Below, in pieces: positions 52,022 through 63,893 of a stretch of 64,000 nucleotides of DNA. Position 1 is the stretch's first letter, and the number at the start of each line of letters is the position of its first letter. Location of the stretch: contig CM052817.1 of NCBI GenBank assembly GCA_028534125.1, positions 15,502,001-15,566,000 of the forward strand, written 5' to 3'. Position numbers and translations under genes: made by a program. This DNA is from Lama glama. Taxonomy: Eukaryota. A model generated the notes under the pieces. The model was not told the origin of the DNA and made no database searches. It saw only the letters and a program-made list of their open reading frames with translations.

Positions 52022-52701
52022 TGTTCCTGTTACCTGTTGCTGTGTAACAAACTACCCCAGAATGTAGTGGCTTAAAACAAAAGTTCATTTGGATCATGCT
52101 TTTGTGGTTGGGGAATTTAGGAAGAGCTCCCTTCACCAGGTGTCCCACCTCCGCTCCATGGGGTGTTACCTGGAGCAGCCTGACCAGTGTGAGGGGATCC
52201 ACTTCCAAGATGGTTCACTCACAGGGCTAGCAAGTCGGTGCTGGTGTTGGCTGGGAGTTTGGCTTAGTCTTTTGTCAGGGTAACTTGGTTGTGATCCATG
52301 AGGGCTCATCTGCAGTCCAATCGGACTTCCTTACAGCAGGAGCAGCTGAGTTCCCGAATAAGTGTCCTTTCAGCCCCATGAAAGCGGCAGAACACCTTTT
52401 GACTTAGTCTCAGAAGTCCCGGAGGCCATTTTGGCTGCATCCATTGGTTAGGCAAGTCACTTAAGGCAAAGTTCAGATTCCAAGGGTTGCAATATAAACT
52501 CCCTCTCTTAAGGACAGAACAGCAAAGGTTTTGCAGACATCTTTTTCTTTTTTTTAACTGATTACAATGTTGTGTCAGTTTCTCGTGTACAGCATAATGT
52601 TTCAGTCATACATATACACACATACATTCTTTTTCCTTATAGGTTACTGCAAGATATTGAATATAGTTCCCTGTGCGGTAGACATCTTTTAATATATTAC
52701 A
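52022..52701 (-). mobile_element. MLT1F/G/H-type MaLR solo LTR hosting a short L1
   Basis: ctgttgctgtgtaacaaactaccccagaatgtagtggcttaaaacaa; ggatccacttccaagatggttcactcac; ttgacttagtctcagaagtc. Confidence 0.88.
52546..52677 (-). mobile_element. About 130-bp 5'-truncated young L1 with TSD
   Basis: Matches the extreme 3' end of the 31190 copy; flanked by GCAGACATCTTTT (52533-52545) and GTAGACATCTTTT (52678-52690). Confidence 0.9.
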
Positions 52702-53294
52702 TCAAGGAAAATCAGACTCTTAACTGTTAGATTTTAGCTAACTCCTCTCCACACACAAATGAGCTGATGTTCGCAGAAGCTTAAAAGTATTTTTAGCTTA
52801 TGCATTAGGTCTCCCTCCAGTCATGATATTTAATATTTAATAAATTAGTCGATTTGTTTATTTAATATTTAATTTAATACGTATTTTGTGATGTTTTCAA
52901 ACTGATTTCAGTATCAATCAATCAAATTTCATTAGTTTTTTGGGTAATTATTCCTTTCCTTTCCCAGTCCATTCCCATTGATTATAATACTCCAAATGCC
53001 AGTCTGGATTCTAAATAACAGTCAGTAACAAATAGTGGAAGCTTCAACACAACATTCTCTACGAAAGTAAGGCAGACAAGGGAAAAAATAATTAAAAAAC
53101 ATTTTCCAAGCTAAAGAAGAATCTTAACAATGGCAGAGCTTTTGAGATATTTAGGAGGCTTTCATGCCACCCTTTCTCTTTTATGTCCCCAAGGAGTAAG
53201 GGTACAAAAAAATCAGTTTTGCAGATCTTATCAGTAGATCCCAAAGTAGAAATTAACTAGTAGTAAAAAAATCTCATATATTGAGCCCCTTTTC

Positions 53295-53358
53295 ATTTGC
53301 ATATATTTGCATATGAATTCCCAACTAATTGTTGTGAAGTAACAATTAAGAGAACAAT
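53295..53358. promoter_or_regulatory. Tandem octamer (POU) motifs plus SOX motifs
   Basis: ATTTGCAT at 53295-53302 and 53305-53312; AACAAT at 53341 and 53353; ATTGTT at about 53328. Confidence 0.4.
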
Positions 53359-54696
53359 AGAAGAAAGAAAAGGGGCCCCAGGCTGCAACAGACACCTGGG
53401 AGACTGTATTTAAAAAGCTTTTTAAATATTTGAATTTTTTTCAATAAAGACAAAGGCACTGAATCATGCACACACAATGCTACCAAAAGAATCAAAGTGG
53501 GAAAAAGTTCGTGACCTACTGATTCCACTTTTTGATGGAGAGGACTCTAAGTCTTCCCACTCCAATCTTGAATATCAAGGCACTGTAATATGTTTAGAAC
53601 CAAAGGCACAGTCTAGAGACAGTGCTGAAGCCAGTTCTGAGCTCCCCCTGCCCAGCCTGTAAGTTTGCACAAGCCCATCTTCAAACTGCTCTTTTAAAAT
53701 AGTTGCTGAATGTTCCTTTAGCAGAGAGCTTGTTTCCTTGGGACAAGGTGGCGTTCCTTTTCCCCCTTTGTCATCCTGAGCAATTCAGCCCTGACCCCAA
53801 GCTGGCTTACTTCTCTTAGCAAAACCTGTGACTTGCACTGAACCCTTTCCACTTTTCTTAAAAAGAAACTTAGCAAACATCTGTGCTGTCTTGAGCACCG
53901 TCTTTGAGCGATCTTCCCCGTAATAAATTTTTTTTTTAATTGGCCTGCCTAGCACCTGTTCCCTCTTCTGACAATACAAATCTAATTTTTCTTCATACAA
54001 TTTTATCTCTTATTTTCAGTCTTTGTGGCTTCTCAGGGGCCTCTCACCCTCAGCTTTAAAAATAGAGCCAAAACAAAGAGATGGACCAGAGTAAGATAAA
54101 CATAAAGGGGAAAGACAGAAGGGAAGAGAGAGACAGAAGACGCTGATGACATTAAGGCCTTGAGTCCAACTCTGCCCCAAACTATATTTTCAAGCCAACT
54201 AATAGTCCTCCTCCCACACAGACGCACACACACCCCGCACACATGTACACACAGAACCATTTCATTAAATGATATGATATTAATAATCATTGTTGCTGTG
54301 TTTAAGCTACTGTGATTTGCATTTCTGTCACTTGAGATCAGGCTTTATTCATACAACCCCTTACGAGCCCAAAGCAGAGTCTTCCTCCCAACTGTGTATA
54401 GTGCTGACCTTGAAAAGCACGTCACACCTAGACTTGTGTGTTAAATTCACTCCACGGGCTTTCATATAAGTGCAAACACACCAATGGTAGCTTTTCCCAA
54501 TTACTTATGTCTATTATGGGATTATTTAGCATCACTAACTAAATTACCCAATATAAAATTATTTAATTTATCTAGACCAGACTTTCCTGTTAATATACAT
54601 ACACACACTCACATAATCCTCTTGTGTAAGGGTAAAAGGCCGCAATACTCTTAATTCTCTAGGTGGGTACATATCTAATTAGTGTCCCCATACGTG

Positions 54697-55131
54697 TGTG
54701 TATTCGGTAGCTTTGCTGGAGTGACAAACAACTCCAACATCGCAGTGTCATACAACACAAAGGCTTATTTCTTGCTTACATTACATGAAGGTTTTGGTCC
54801 AGTAGAGTTCTTCTCCAGTGGTGGCTCTGTTCTGTCTTCTCAGTTAGACCTCCAGACTGTAGGAGCAACTTCTATCTGGAATGTGACATTCTGAGAGCAG
54901 AAAGCAGAGGCAAGAGACTAAACTGAACCAGGCAATCATATTTAACAGCTTCTGCTCCAACCTGGCACACATCACGTTCACTCAGATTACACTGGACAAG
55001 TCTACCAAAGGGACAGGAAAGTAGATGCCACTTACACTGTGGCATAGCGAGTTACACGACAAAGACAAGGACATATAAACTCCTTACAAAGATGGGAGTG
55101 AATTGCTTTGAACAATAATACAACCTGACAC
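54697..55131 (-). mobile_element. Old MaLR solo LTR (MLT1I/J/K-like)
   Basis: tgctggagtgacaaacaactccaacatcgcagtgtcatacaacacaaaggcttatttcttgct...gaacaataatacaacctgacaca. Confidence 0.8.
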
Positions 55132-56009
55132 AATAGATATAATCTGATGCAATAGATTTGTGTCAGATAATATTACTTCCTTTACCTGGCTGCTCCCTAG
55201 GTACCGCTATGGCTTGAATCCAGAACCAGGATTTCATTGGAATTCTAGTGTCTCTAATGAGAAAATTCACACACAGAGAAAAACCATGCATGCCTGCAGT
55301 GGGAACTCGTGCCCTGGAGCTATAAAAACTTAGGGCTCTTGCATTCTGCAGGGGAAGAAGTTCCCCTTCTATGATGGGCACCCCCATGGTCATTGCTTCA
55401 CATAGTCTTACTCAGAAAGCTATATGAAAACAAGCAAACCCTAATGTATTGGTCTTAATTGCAATTAGCAAATATTTTGACTCTGCTATCCTACTCCTCT
55501 GACGCTAGATTTTTTATTTTTTACAAATATGTAAAATGTGAACTCCTCAAATATTGATGCTATTAAGATGTTGTGGTTCATACTGGTGAGATTTACATTC
55601 AATAAATGTATCCATACACTCATATATGCTAAGGCATTCTAGTCAATACAATTTTCTCCATTTTGTTATATTTCCAGTGATGTTTTAGGAATCCTTAAGT
55701 GGGCACTCTCTAGTAAGAGCAAATGTTTATCATCCGCCCCAAAGCTTAGAGACTTAAAACAACAATAATTATTTATGATCTTATAATTGATATGATCAGA
55801 TATTTAAGAGCATCCTCAACTCTGTGGTTCTGAAGTTGTAGACGAATGCTGGCTAGGGCTAGTGTCATGAAGTCTTCCTCACTCATGTGTATGGAACTGC
55901 AGCTGGGAAGACTTGGGTATCTGGGAACAGCAGGGGCTCCTCAGGTATCTTTCTGTAAACTTATTTGGTGTCCTTTGTGATCCTACCATGGCCTCTTCAG
56001 AACTACTCA

Positions 56010-56608
56010 TGTTACCAGAGTTAGGTCCTTGTCTCCTCACAGAAAATTTTCAGAGACAATACATGGATGTCAAGAAAGCAAAGTAAGGATTTATTTAGTG
56101 ATAGTGTGCTCTCGAGGAGAGAGTGAACAGATTCAGGCGAGTAGCTGCACTGAGTTTCCTTGGCAAGCTGGTTATATGGGGCGTAAAAATGAATAGGCAG
56201 ATGTTCATTGGAGAAGGAGGGGTTTGGGGTCATACTTCCTGATTTTTATCCCAGCGCCACCTTTCCAAGCGGAGGATGGACTGTTGTTCTTATTTAGTCT
56301 TGATGGGAAATGTCATGATGTCAGTTCATGATGGGTACTTCTTATCTGCAAGGCTAATCTTATTTTAATGAGGGCATAATGAGCCAACGTTACATCAGAT
56401 GCTTGAGATTCCTGCCTTATCTCACCTTTCTCTGTCTACCTCCAAGAAATTTATCAAACCAAAATGTATGGTTTCTTATCAGTCTGGAGGTTCCTGCTTT
56501 TCTCTGTCTGCCCAAGGACCCCCATTGCTCACAAGGTATATGGTTTCCTGCCATTTGGCCCATGCCTCACTTTCTCTGCTCATATCTAGCTCTCTGCCAG
56601 CTCTAACA
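56010..56608 (-). mobile_element. ERV1-type solo LTR (599 bp)
   Basis: TGTTA...TAACA inverted termini; 4-bp TSD CTCA/CTTA; on the minus strand CCAAT (56207-56211), TATA (56172-56177) and AATAAA (56090-56095) in LTR order. Confidence 0.85.
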
Positions 56609-56642
56609 CTTACATGGCCAATTAGATCTCCAAAGGTACAAG

Positions 56643-56677
56643 TGTATATATATATATACACACACACATATATATAT

Positions 56678-56728
<51 letters not shown>

Positions 56729-56751
56729 AAGAGAGGAGAGAGGAGAGAGAA
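56643..56751. repeat. Compound (TA)(CA)(TA)(GA) microsatellite
   Basis: Direct inspection. Confidence 0.95.
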
Positions 56752-57384
56752 GGGCTCCAGGTGAAACTGTATTACATTTTATAACCTAGCCTCAGAAGTC
56801 AGGCAACTATCAATTTTGCCATGTTCTCATAGTCGAAGCAGTTACAAAGACATGTTCAGCTTTGAGCAGATGGACCAGAGACTTCATCTCTCAACAGAGG
56901 ATTGTCAGCATCGCTTTGTAAGAAGAGTGTGTGGTATGAGATTAATATCGGTATGGTCATCATTGGAAAATCCAATTTGCCAAAAATACCCTGTCGTCCT
57001 TGCCCCTTAATCTAATGCTGATGAGACACATTGGATTTGGATCAAAAAATGTTACAGCTAAAAGGAACAGACCATAAAATTTTCTTATGCAACTTTTTCC
57101 AATTGCCAATTCAGGAATTTAAGTGATTGCCCAAGGTAAGACAGATAATTAGATATAAATATACCAAAATTAGACTAGGAGTCCCTATTCTGTACCCTTT
57201 TCAGTGAATCACAGCAGCATGATTTATTTTATTAGTCTCCAATTTTTCAGGTCATGGCCATGGTGTAGTTACAATGATAAAAACTGAATCTCAAGTTCTA
57301 TTGACCTACAAATCAACTGTTATTTGGTCTTGGATATTTATTTGTTTAGATTTGTTAGCTGATAGTGATACATACTTAAATTAC

Positions 57385-57570
57385 CGGTCAAAAAGAGAAC
57401 TAATTTCACACCTATACAAAATTAGCCTCAAATGCACTATAGATTTAAATGTAAATGTAAAACTGTAAAACTTTAAGTAGAGGAAAAACACAGAATATAA
57501 TACCAGATTACTAAAGAACATAAAATGATACTTGATATGATTTTTCGTATATTCAGAATTCATATCTGTA
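57385..57570 (+). mobile_element. L1 ORF2 fragment
   Basis: tcacacctatacaaaattagcctcaaatgcactatagatttaaatgtaaa..taaaactgtaaaact. Confidence 0.7.
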
Positions 57571-57699
57571 TGAAATAAGCAGTATTTACTGGTGTTATAA
57601 GGACTTCAAACTCAGTCCCTTAGCAGCAGATTTCAAACTCCTTAACAGTACAGGGCAATTGCAGTCATCTACTTCATAATCTATTTTATAGTAGGTACG

Positions 57700-60007
57700 T
57701 AGTGGTAGTTTGTGTTTTTGAATAAAGTGATTTATTTCATCTAAGTTGTCATGTTTATATGTGAAGAATTATTCATAATATTTCCATATTACATTTTAGT
57801 ATACCTACAGAGTTTGTGGTGATATCCCTTACTTCGTTTCAAATATTTGCAATTCTTTTCTTTTCTTTCTTTTTTTTTTTCCCCTCCCTCAGATTTGCTA
57901 GCTGTTTGGCAATTTTTTTAATCTTTTTGAAGAATAAGCTCTTGGTTTCATTGATTTTTCTCTATTGTGTTTCTGTTTCCAAGTTCAAAATTTTTGCTCT
58001 TACTATTTCTTTTCTTCTGTTTGCTTTCGGCTTATTTTGTTCTTCTTTTTATAGGTTGAAGTGGAAGCTTGGATTATTGATTTGAGGAATTTCCTAATGT
58101 GTGAATTTAGAGGTATAAATTTCCTCCTCAGCACAGCTTTATCTGTGTCTCACAAATTTTGATAATTGTATTTCTATTTTCATTCTGTTAAATGAACATT
58201 TTAAAATTTCTCCTGAAACTATTCTATTGGCCCATGGATTATTTAAAATATGCTGCCTAGTTTCTAAATGTTTGGAAATCTTTCTGTAAATTCTCTTATT
58301 AACCTCTAGTTTGATCCATTGTGGTCAGAAAACACAATTAGTAAAATTTCAATTAGTTTACATTTTTGAGGCATATTCTATGGCTTTCTACCTTATGATA
58401 TGATTCATAGGTATTTGAAAATGATGTGGGTTCTGCTGTTGTTGAGTGTTCTAAAAATATTGAGTAGATATTGTTGGTTAAATGGTGCTGTTGAGTTCTT
58501 CTATATCCTTGCTTATTTGCTGTCTAGTTTTTCAATAATTCACTGAGAGAGGGGTGTTGAGGTCTCCAAGTATAATGGGAGTGTATATTTTTTGTTTCAG
58601 TTTTATCAGTTTCTGCCTCACACATTTTGCAGATCTGTTGTTTGATGTATACACATTTAGACATTCTGTGTCCATTTGTGTGTTTACTTTTTTATCATTG
58701 TATGTTACTCTTTCTTTTTTGTAAATTTTTTTTGCTCTAAAATCTACTTTATCTGACATTGATATATCTATTTGTGCTTTCCTTAGATTAATGTTTGATA
58801 TATATATATATATATATCTTTCATGTTTTATAAACCACTCTGCCAAACTCTGCCTTTTCATTGATGTATTTATGCCCTTTACACTTACTATAATTATTAA
58901 TACTTTAGGACTAAGCCTACCATTTCATTTTCATTTTGATTTTTCTCTCAGGTGTTTGTTTTTGTTTTCTTTTTCCTGCCTTCCAATGGGTTACTTAAAT
59001 TTTTCTAAGAATCCATTTTGATTTATCTATTTGTGTAGTTTTTTTAGTGGTTACTCTAGGTATTGCATTATTCATATGTATGTAGGTGACATATATACAG
59101 ATATATATATACATGTATCATCTCATATCACATACAAGGGTATATTTATGTATATATTTATATGTACAAACTAAATCTATTATAAACTTAAAACTTCCCT
59201 CTCTTTAAGTTCCTTTGTACTCCTCTATTTATAATATAGTTGTCTTAGATATTTCTTCAGCGTACATTTAGAACCATTATCACACAATGCTAAAATTTTT
59301 GCTTCAATCATCAAAAAAATATTGGAAAACTCAAGAGAAGGAGGAAAACCTATTGTATTTTTTTCATATTTTCTAAATTTTGTTCTTTCCTCCTCTCCAG
59401 ACTTTTAGGGTTTCTTAGTTTCCTTTCTGTTTAGAGAACTTTCTTTAGCTGTTCTTATAGAATAGCTCTGAAAGCGAGAGATTATCTTAGTTTCTCTTCA
59501 CCTAAGAATATCTTGATTTCCCTTTCATTCCTGAAGGACATTTTCACTGAGTATAGCTTTCTAGGTTGACAGCTCTTTTCTTTCACCAGTTGAAAAAAAT
59601 ATTGTGCCACTCTTTTCTGGTCTCCATCACTTTTGATGAGAAATCTGTTCTCATCCTACTTGTTTTTCCTCTACAGGTAATGGGTCATTTTTCTCTGACC
59701 ACTTTCAAGATTTTTTCTTTGTCTTTAGTTTTTAAAAGTTTAATTGTAATGTTTGTTTGCATGGATTCCTCTGAGTTTATCCTGTTTGCAGTTTACACAG
59801 CTTTCTGAATCTGGAGATTTATGTCTTCTGACAAGTTTGGAAAATTGTTGGCCATTATTTCCATGTGTAACTTTTCCATCATTGTCTTCTTTTTCTTGAA
59901 ATCCAATGGCAAGGATGTTAGGCATTTAAGAGAAATATATTCAATTTTTGTAATAAGCTATAATGGAAAAGAATCTGAATGTGTGTATATATATATGTAT
60001 ATATGTT

Positions 60008-60056
<49 letters not shown>

Positions 60057-61385
60057 CTGAATCATTTTGCCATACACTGAAACCAACATTGTAAATCAAC
60101 TACACTTTAATAAAAAATAAAACAAAAAAATGAGAAAAAAAAGTTAGGTCTTTGATTACAGTTCCACAGATCCCAAAGACTCTGTTGATTTTTTTCAATC
60201 CATTTTATCTTTGCTATTCAGATTGGATAAGTTCTATTTTTCTATCTATATTCCATTCACTGATGATTTCCCCTGTCCCTTCCATTCTGTAATTGAAACT
60301 ATTAAAAGAGCTGCCTTATTTCAGTAATTTTATTTTTCAGTTCTAAAATTTCTGTTTGATTCTTCTTCCATTATTTTCCATTTCCCTGCTGAGACTTTCT
60401 TTGCTGAGACTTTTTTATATTTTCATTTGTCAAAAGCACTTTGATAATTGGTCATTAAAACATTTTTTCTCTTGCTGCTTTAAAATCTTTGTTTGATAAT
60501 TCTAGTATCTTTGTCATGTCAGCATTGGCATTTCTTGATTATATTTTTATTTAGTTTGAGATCTTCCTGATTCTTAATATGATATACAATTTTTCCTTGA
60601 AACCTGGACATTTTTTAATTATGTTAGGTAATCCTTGATATTATAAACTTCATTTTTAATTAGATTTTTGAGGGCATAACCTGTTGAGGGGAAAGGGGAA
60701 GGTACCATTTCTTTACCAGCATATGGAAATTGAATTCCAAATTTGCCATTTAGCCTCTGTTGACACTCAAGTTGGGCAAGGCTCCTCATGACTGCTGGGC
60801 AGAGGTGGAAGTTCTGATTCATTATGTTGCCTCCACTGACAACAATGGGGATGGCCTCGTTACCCCTGGGTGATGATGGAAGATATTACTCTCCATTAGC
60901 CTTCCTGAGTGGAGATTGGGAGCATTACTGCCAAGTACGAGTAGAAATCCATGCTCCCATGTGGTCTGTTCTGACACTGGGTGAGAGGACAGTAGGGATT
61001 AAAATTCTAGCTCCTTACCTAACCTTCTCCAACTCCATCCCAGGAGGGGTGTTATATTTCCTTGTTGTATCCTCAAATGGATTCCCACTCAGCCTTTGCT
61101 GATTTTTTCTGTGTTGGTTAGCTGGAATGGAGAAGTTAGTGTCTAAAGGTTTTCTGTCTTGTTAGGCTTCCATTTTTCTGGTCCTTTGGCTAGAAAGAGC
61201 AGGCTTTCATAAGGGCCATTTTTATCTTTGCTTGCTGGTATACCCAGGTTGCTGGCTTCATCAGATCTGAGTCAGGAGGCAAAAAGGAAACCTGGGTAAC
61301 TAACTGCCATATCATTCCTTAGCTCCTAAGTTTCCTTGACAGTCTGCTTTCTTCTTCCTGTATTTCAGAGTCTTCTTATATTAGT

Positions 61386-61417
<32 letters not shown>

Positions 61418-61610
61418 GGTATGAAGCCTCCCACTTTTACTAGGGGCACATGTATTGTTTCAAATCCAAAGGGGGAAAATCATATCTCTCTCTCTATATA
61501 TATATATGAACTATATATACATATAGTTCAGTATTCCTAATTGTACTTAGTGTGATGATAAAGAAAGTATGCCTACTCCATCTCTTAGAAGCAGAAGTCT
61601 CATTAACAAA
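57700..61610 (-). mobile_element. Old L1 5' half (endonuclease, inter-ORF, ORF1, 5'UTR relics)
   Basis: ORF 58532-58861 has LAEWF, ISMSDKVDFRAKKI, LNVYTSNNRSAKCVRQKLIKL and IILGDLNTPLS, typical of the L1 APE endonuclease. Confidence 0.88.
59928..60130 (+). mobile_element. Cetartiodactyl L1 extreme 3' end (L1_Art-like) with (TA)n, nested in older L1
   Basis: tataatggaaaagaatctgaa...tataactgaatcattttgccatacactgaaac..aacattgtaaatcaactacactttaataaaaaa. Confidence 0.85.
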
Positions 61611-61959
61611 ACTTTTAAAAATAATAATATAATTCATATTGTTTTTAAATTAAAAAAGAAATCCAGAGTCTAGTTTATCTGAGAGATTGCCCAGCAAGTA
61701 ACTGAATCACAAAAATAATACTTAGTATTGTGATCAGCCTATCCTATGCAAATAGCATTTAAAATATTGTTTTCCATGCTATCTTTAGCTCCCAAAGAGC
61801 CGGAAGACCAGTAATGAATGTTTGCCTTCAGGTAATATATTGAGACAGCACTTGAACCAGTCATATCGAGCAGAAACTTGGGGTAGATCAATGACCAAAC
61901 AAGAAATCATGGTCACAGGTAGGTAGACAGACCTGGGAGAACAGGATTGCGAATAGTCT

Positions 61960-62155
61960 CCTACTATCATGTCATCTCACTGCATCGTGACAACAGCCCT
62001 GGGAAGTAGGTACTATTATTAATTTTCATTTTACAAAAGAGGAAAGAGACACTCAGGGACTAAATAATTTTCCCAAGTTTTCACAGCAAGAAACTGGAGG
62101 ATCCGTTCTTCAAAACTCATCTGTCTGACTCTAGAATCTAGGCTTTTAACTGTTA
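61960..62155 (-). mobile_element. MIR SINE
   Basis: acaacagccctgggaagtaggtactattatt..ttcattttacaaaagaggaaa...taaataattttcccaag...tctgtctgactctaga. Confidence 0.88.
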
Positions 62156-63099
62156 ATAGATCAGAGATGCTCAGACGAAGTGACTCTAATATTAGCATTC
62201 CAGATAAGAGAACACAACAATGATATCCAAGGGTCAGAATAAACTCTAATCTCAGACACAATGATCTGCTAAGACAGTGATCTGAAAAGTAGCTGGAGGT
62301 TTCCAACAGATGAGCCGAGCTTCAGTAAATGGAATTCCAGTGCAAATGCTCCATTGTTGCTGGAAGAGAAGTAAATGGGTAGCATCAGAAAAATAGGGAG
62401 AAGGAAGCCTGATTTGTGGATCCAGGTCAGGGTGAAGATTTCTGGACCCATTCGAAGGGACTTGACAGAAATATAAGTAACTCACTAAGCACAAAGAGTG
62501 AAGGTGTGAAAGCAGCTCTTCTTAGGTCTTAAAACCTCGTCTTCTCAGCAGGAGCTCTCAAGCAGCCCGGAGTTGGTGTCTGGAGAGCAGTACCAGCCCT
62601 GCCCTTGTGAAGAGTCACCCATGAGCAGTGGAGCAGCTCCTCGGATCAGAGGCAGCAGGCAGCCAGGATCCACGTGGCCTGGTCCAGGTCACCATGGAGC
62701 TAATGAAAAGGGGTTGGGACTCTGCCAGCTACAAGATCTAGTACGGAGGAGCCAAACGATGTGTTTTAAACTACCTCGAAATCTGTGGATGTTTCCTTCA
62801 CCTTTGAAGATCATTTCAGCCCTGAGCTAACCACCAGTAACCCCACGGAAGCCTAATAGCAAAAAGCAGTAGAGGAGCATAATTTCCCAGCCGATTCCGG
62901 CATCCCGCTCCGCTGAAACCCATCTCACTGTAAAACTACAGGATAGTGTATGTCACGTATTTCTTCCCCATGTGTATTTGGAGTTATTTTGGCAGGACTT
63001 CATGAGTTTCTTGATTCATGTAAAGGATGGTAGCCATAATGTTGATAGAGTGACTACCACCCCCATGTAGATAAAATTAAATGTCTGAGCTTATCCTAG

Positions 63100-63385
63100 C
63101 CATTCAGTAAATATTTACTGATTCCAGCTATCTGTGTGGCACCCTTCTACATAACAGAGATCGATGGGAGATATGCAAAGTTCTTGTTCAGTGAGGTTCG
63201 TCTAAAGAGCTGAGACAGTAGCCATATAATCAAGAAGAAAGAAGAGAAGGAGGGAGAAAAGTAAAAGGAAGGAAGGGAAGGAGAGAGTAAAGGAAGAAGG
63301 AAGGACATTTCTGGCAGTGTTAACTAGTAGGAAAATTAAAAAGGGCAACGTGATTGACCATACTCAGCATGTGTCTGCCTGACTA
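63100..63385 (-). mobile_element. L2 3' end with embedded (GGAA)-rich tract (resumes at about 63900-64000)
   Basis: cattcagtaaatatttactgattccagctatctgtgtggcac; gaggtgacatttgaactga. Confidence 0.7.
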
Positions 63386-63389
63386 GTGC

Positions 63390-63893
63390 TGTGTCACACA
63401 CCACTCAGATACTTAGCGACTGAAAACGATGTTGTGTTTTGTTTACAGGTTTTGTGATTGAGAATTCTGGAGGGGTTCAGCTGGGTGGTTTGTCTGTGAT
63501 CCACACAGTGGCAGCCAGGACAGAAACATCCTCTTTGAAAAACAGCTTTTTCAGGCACAGGTCGAGGATGCAGGCTCCCTCCCTCCCTCCTTAACCTCTT
63601 CCTCCTTTCCTCTTTCCACGTGGCATTTCACCATTTCATCCTGTCTCTCAACATGCCTTCATTTCCTTACAGTGTGGCAGTCAGAGAGCAGTCACACTGA
63701 TTACATGGTAACTTGCTTCTCTAACTGTGAATGACAGTTGCCAATCCCTAAAGGCCGGGGCCCAGAAGAGACTAGCAACTTCTCTATATGTGAGCCGTCA
63801 CAGAGCCCACCCAGACTCAAGGAGATGTTCCGTGGGCCCCCAGCCCTCGATGGAGAAGTACCAAGGCACACAGGCCATCTTTAACCTAGCACA
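63390..63893 (-). mobile_element. Old MaLR solo LTR (MLT1H-L-like)
   Basis: acttagcgactgaaaac; ggaggggttcagctgggtggtt; tctttccacgtggc; gtcacagagcccacccagactcaagg; ggccatctttaacctagcaca. Confidence 0.75.

Larger units (their letters stand above)
55700..56990 (-). mobile_element. MLT1E-H-type MaLR LTR split by an ERV1 LTR and a microsatellite
   Basis: cttaaaacaacaataattattta; gctggctagggct; cagctgggaagact; ttttataacctagcctcagaagtca; gtcgaagcagttacaaa. Confidence 0.75.

Noticed and set aside
56399..56764. 121-aa ORF with RE-repeat tail
   Set aside because: Runs through the ERV LTR and a (GA)n microsatellite; not a genuine RE-repeat protein
58532..58861. ORF with endonuclease motifs as a functional gene
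   Set aside because: Degenerate L1 ORF2 relic with deletions, frame shifts and an embedded (TA)n
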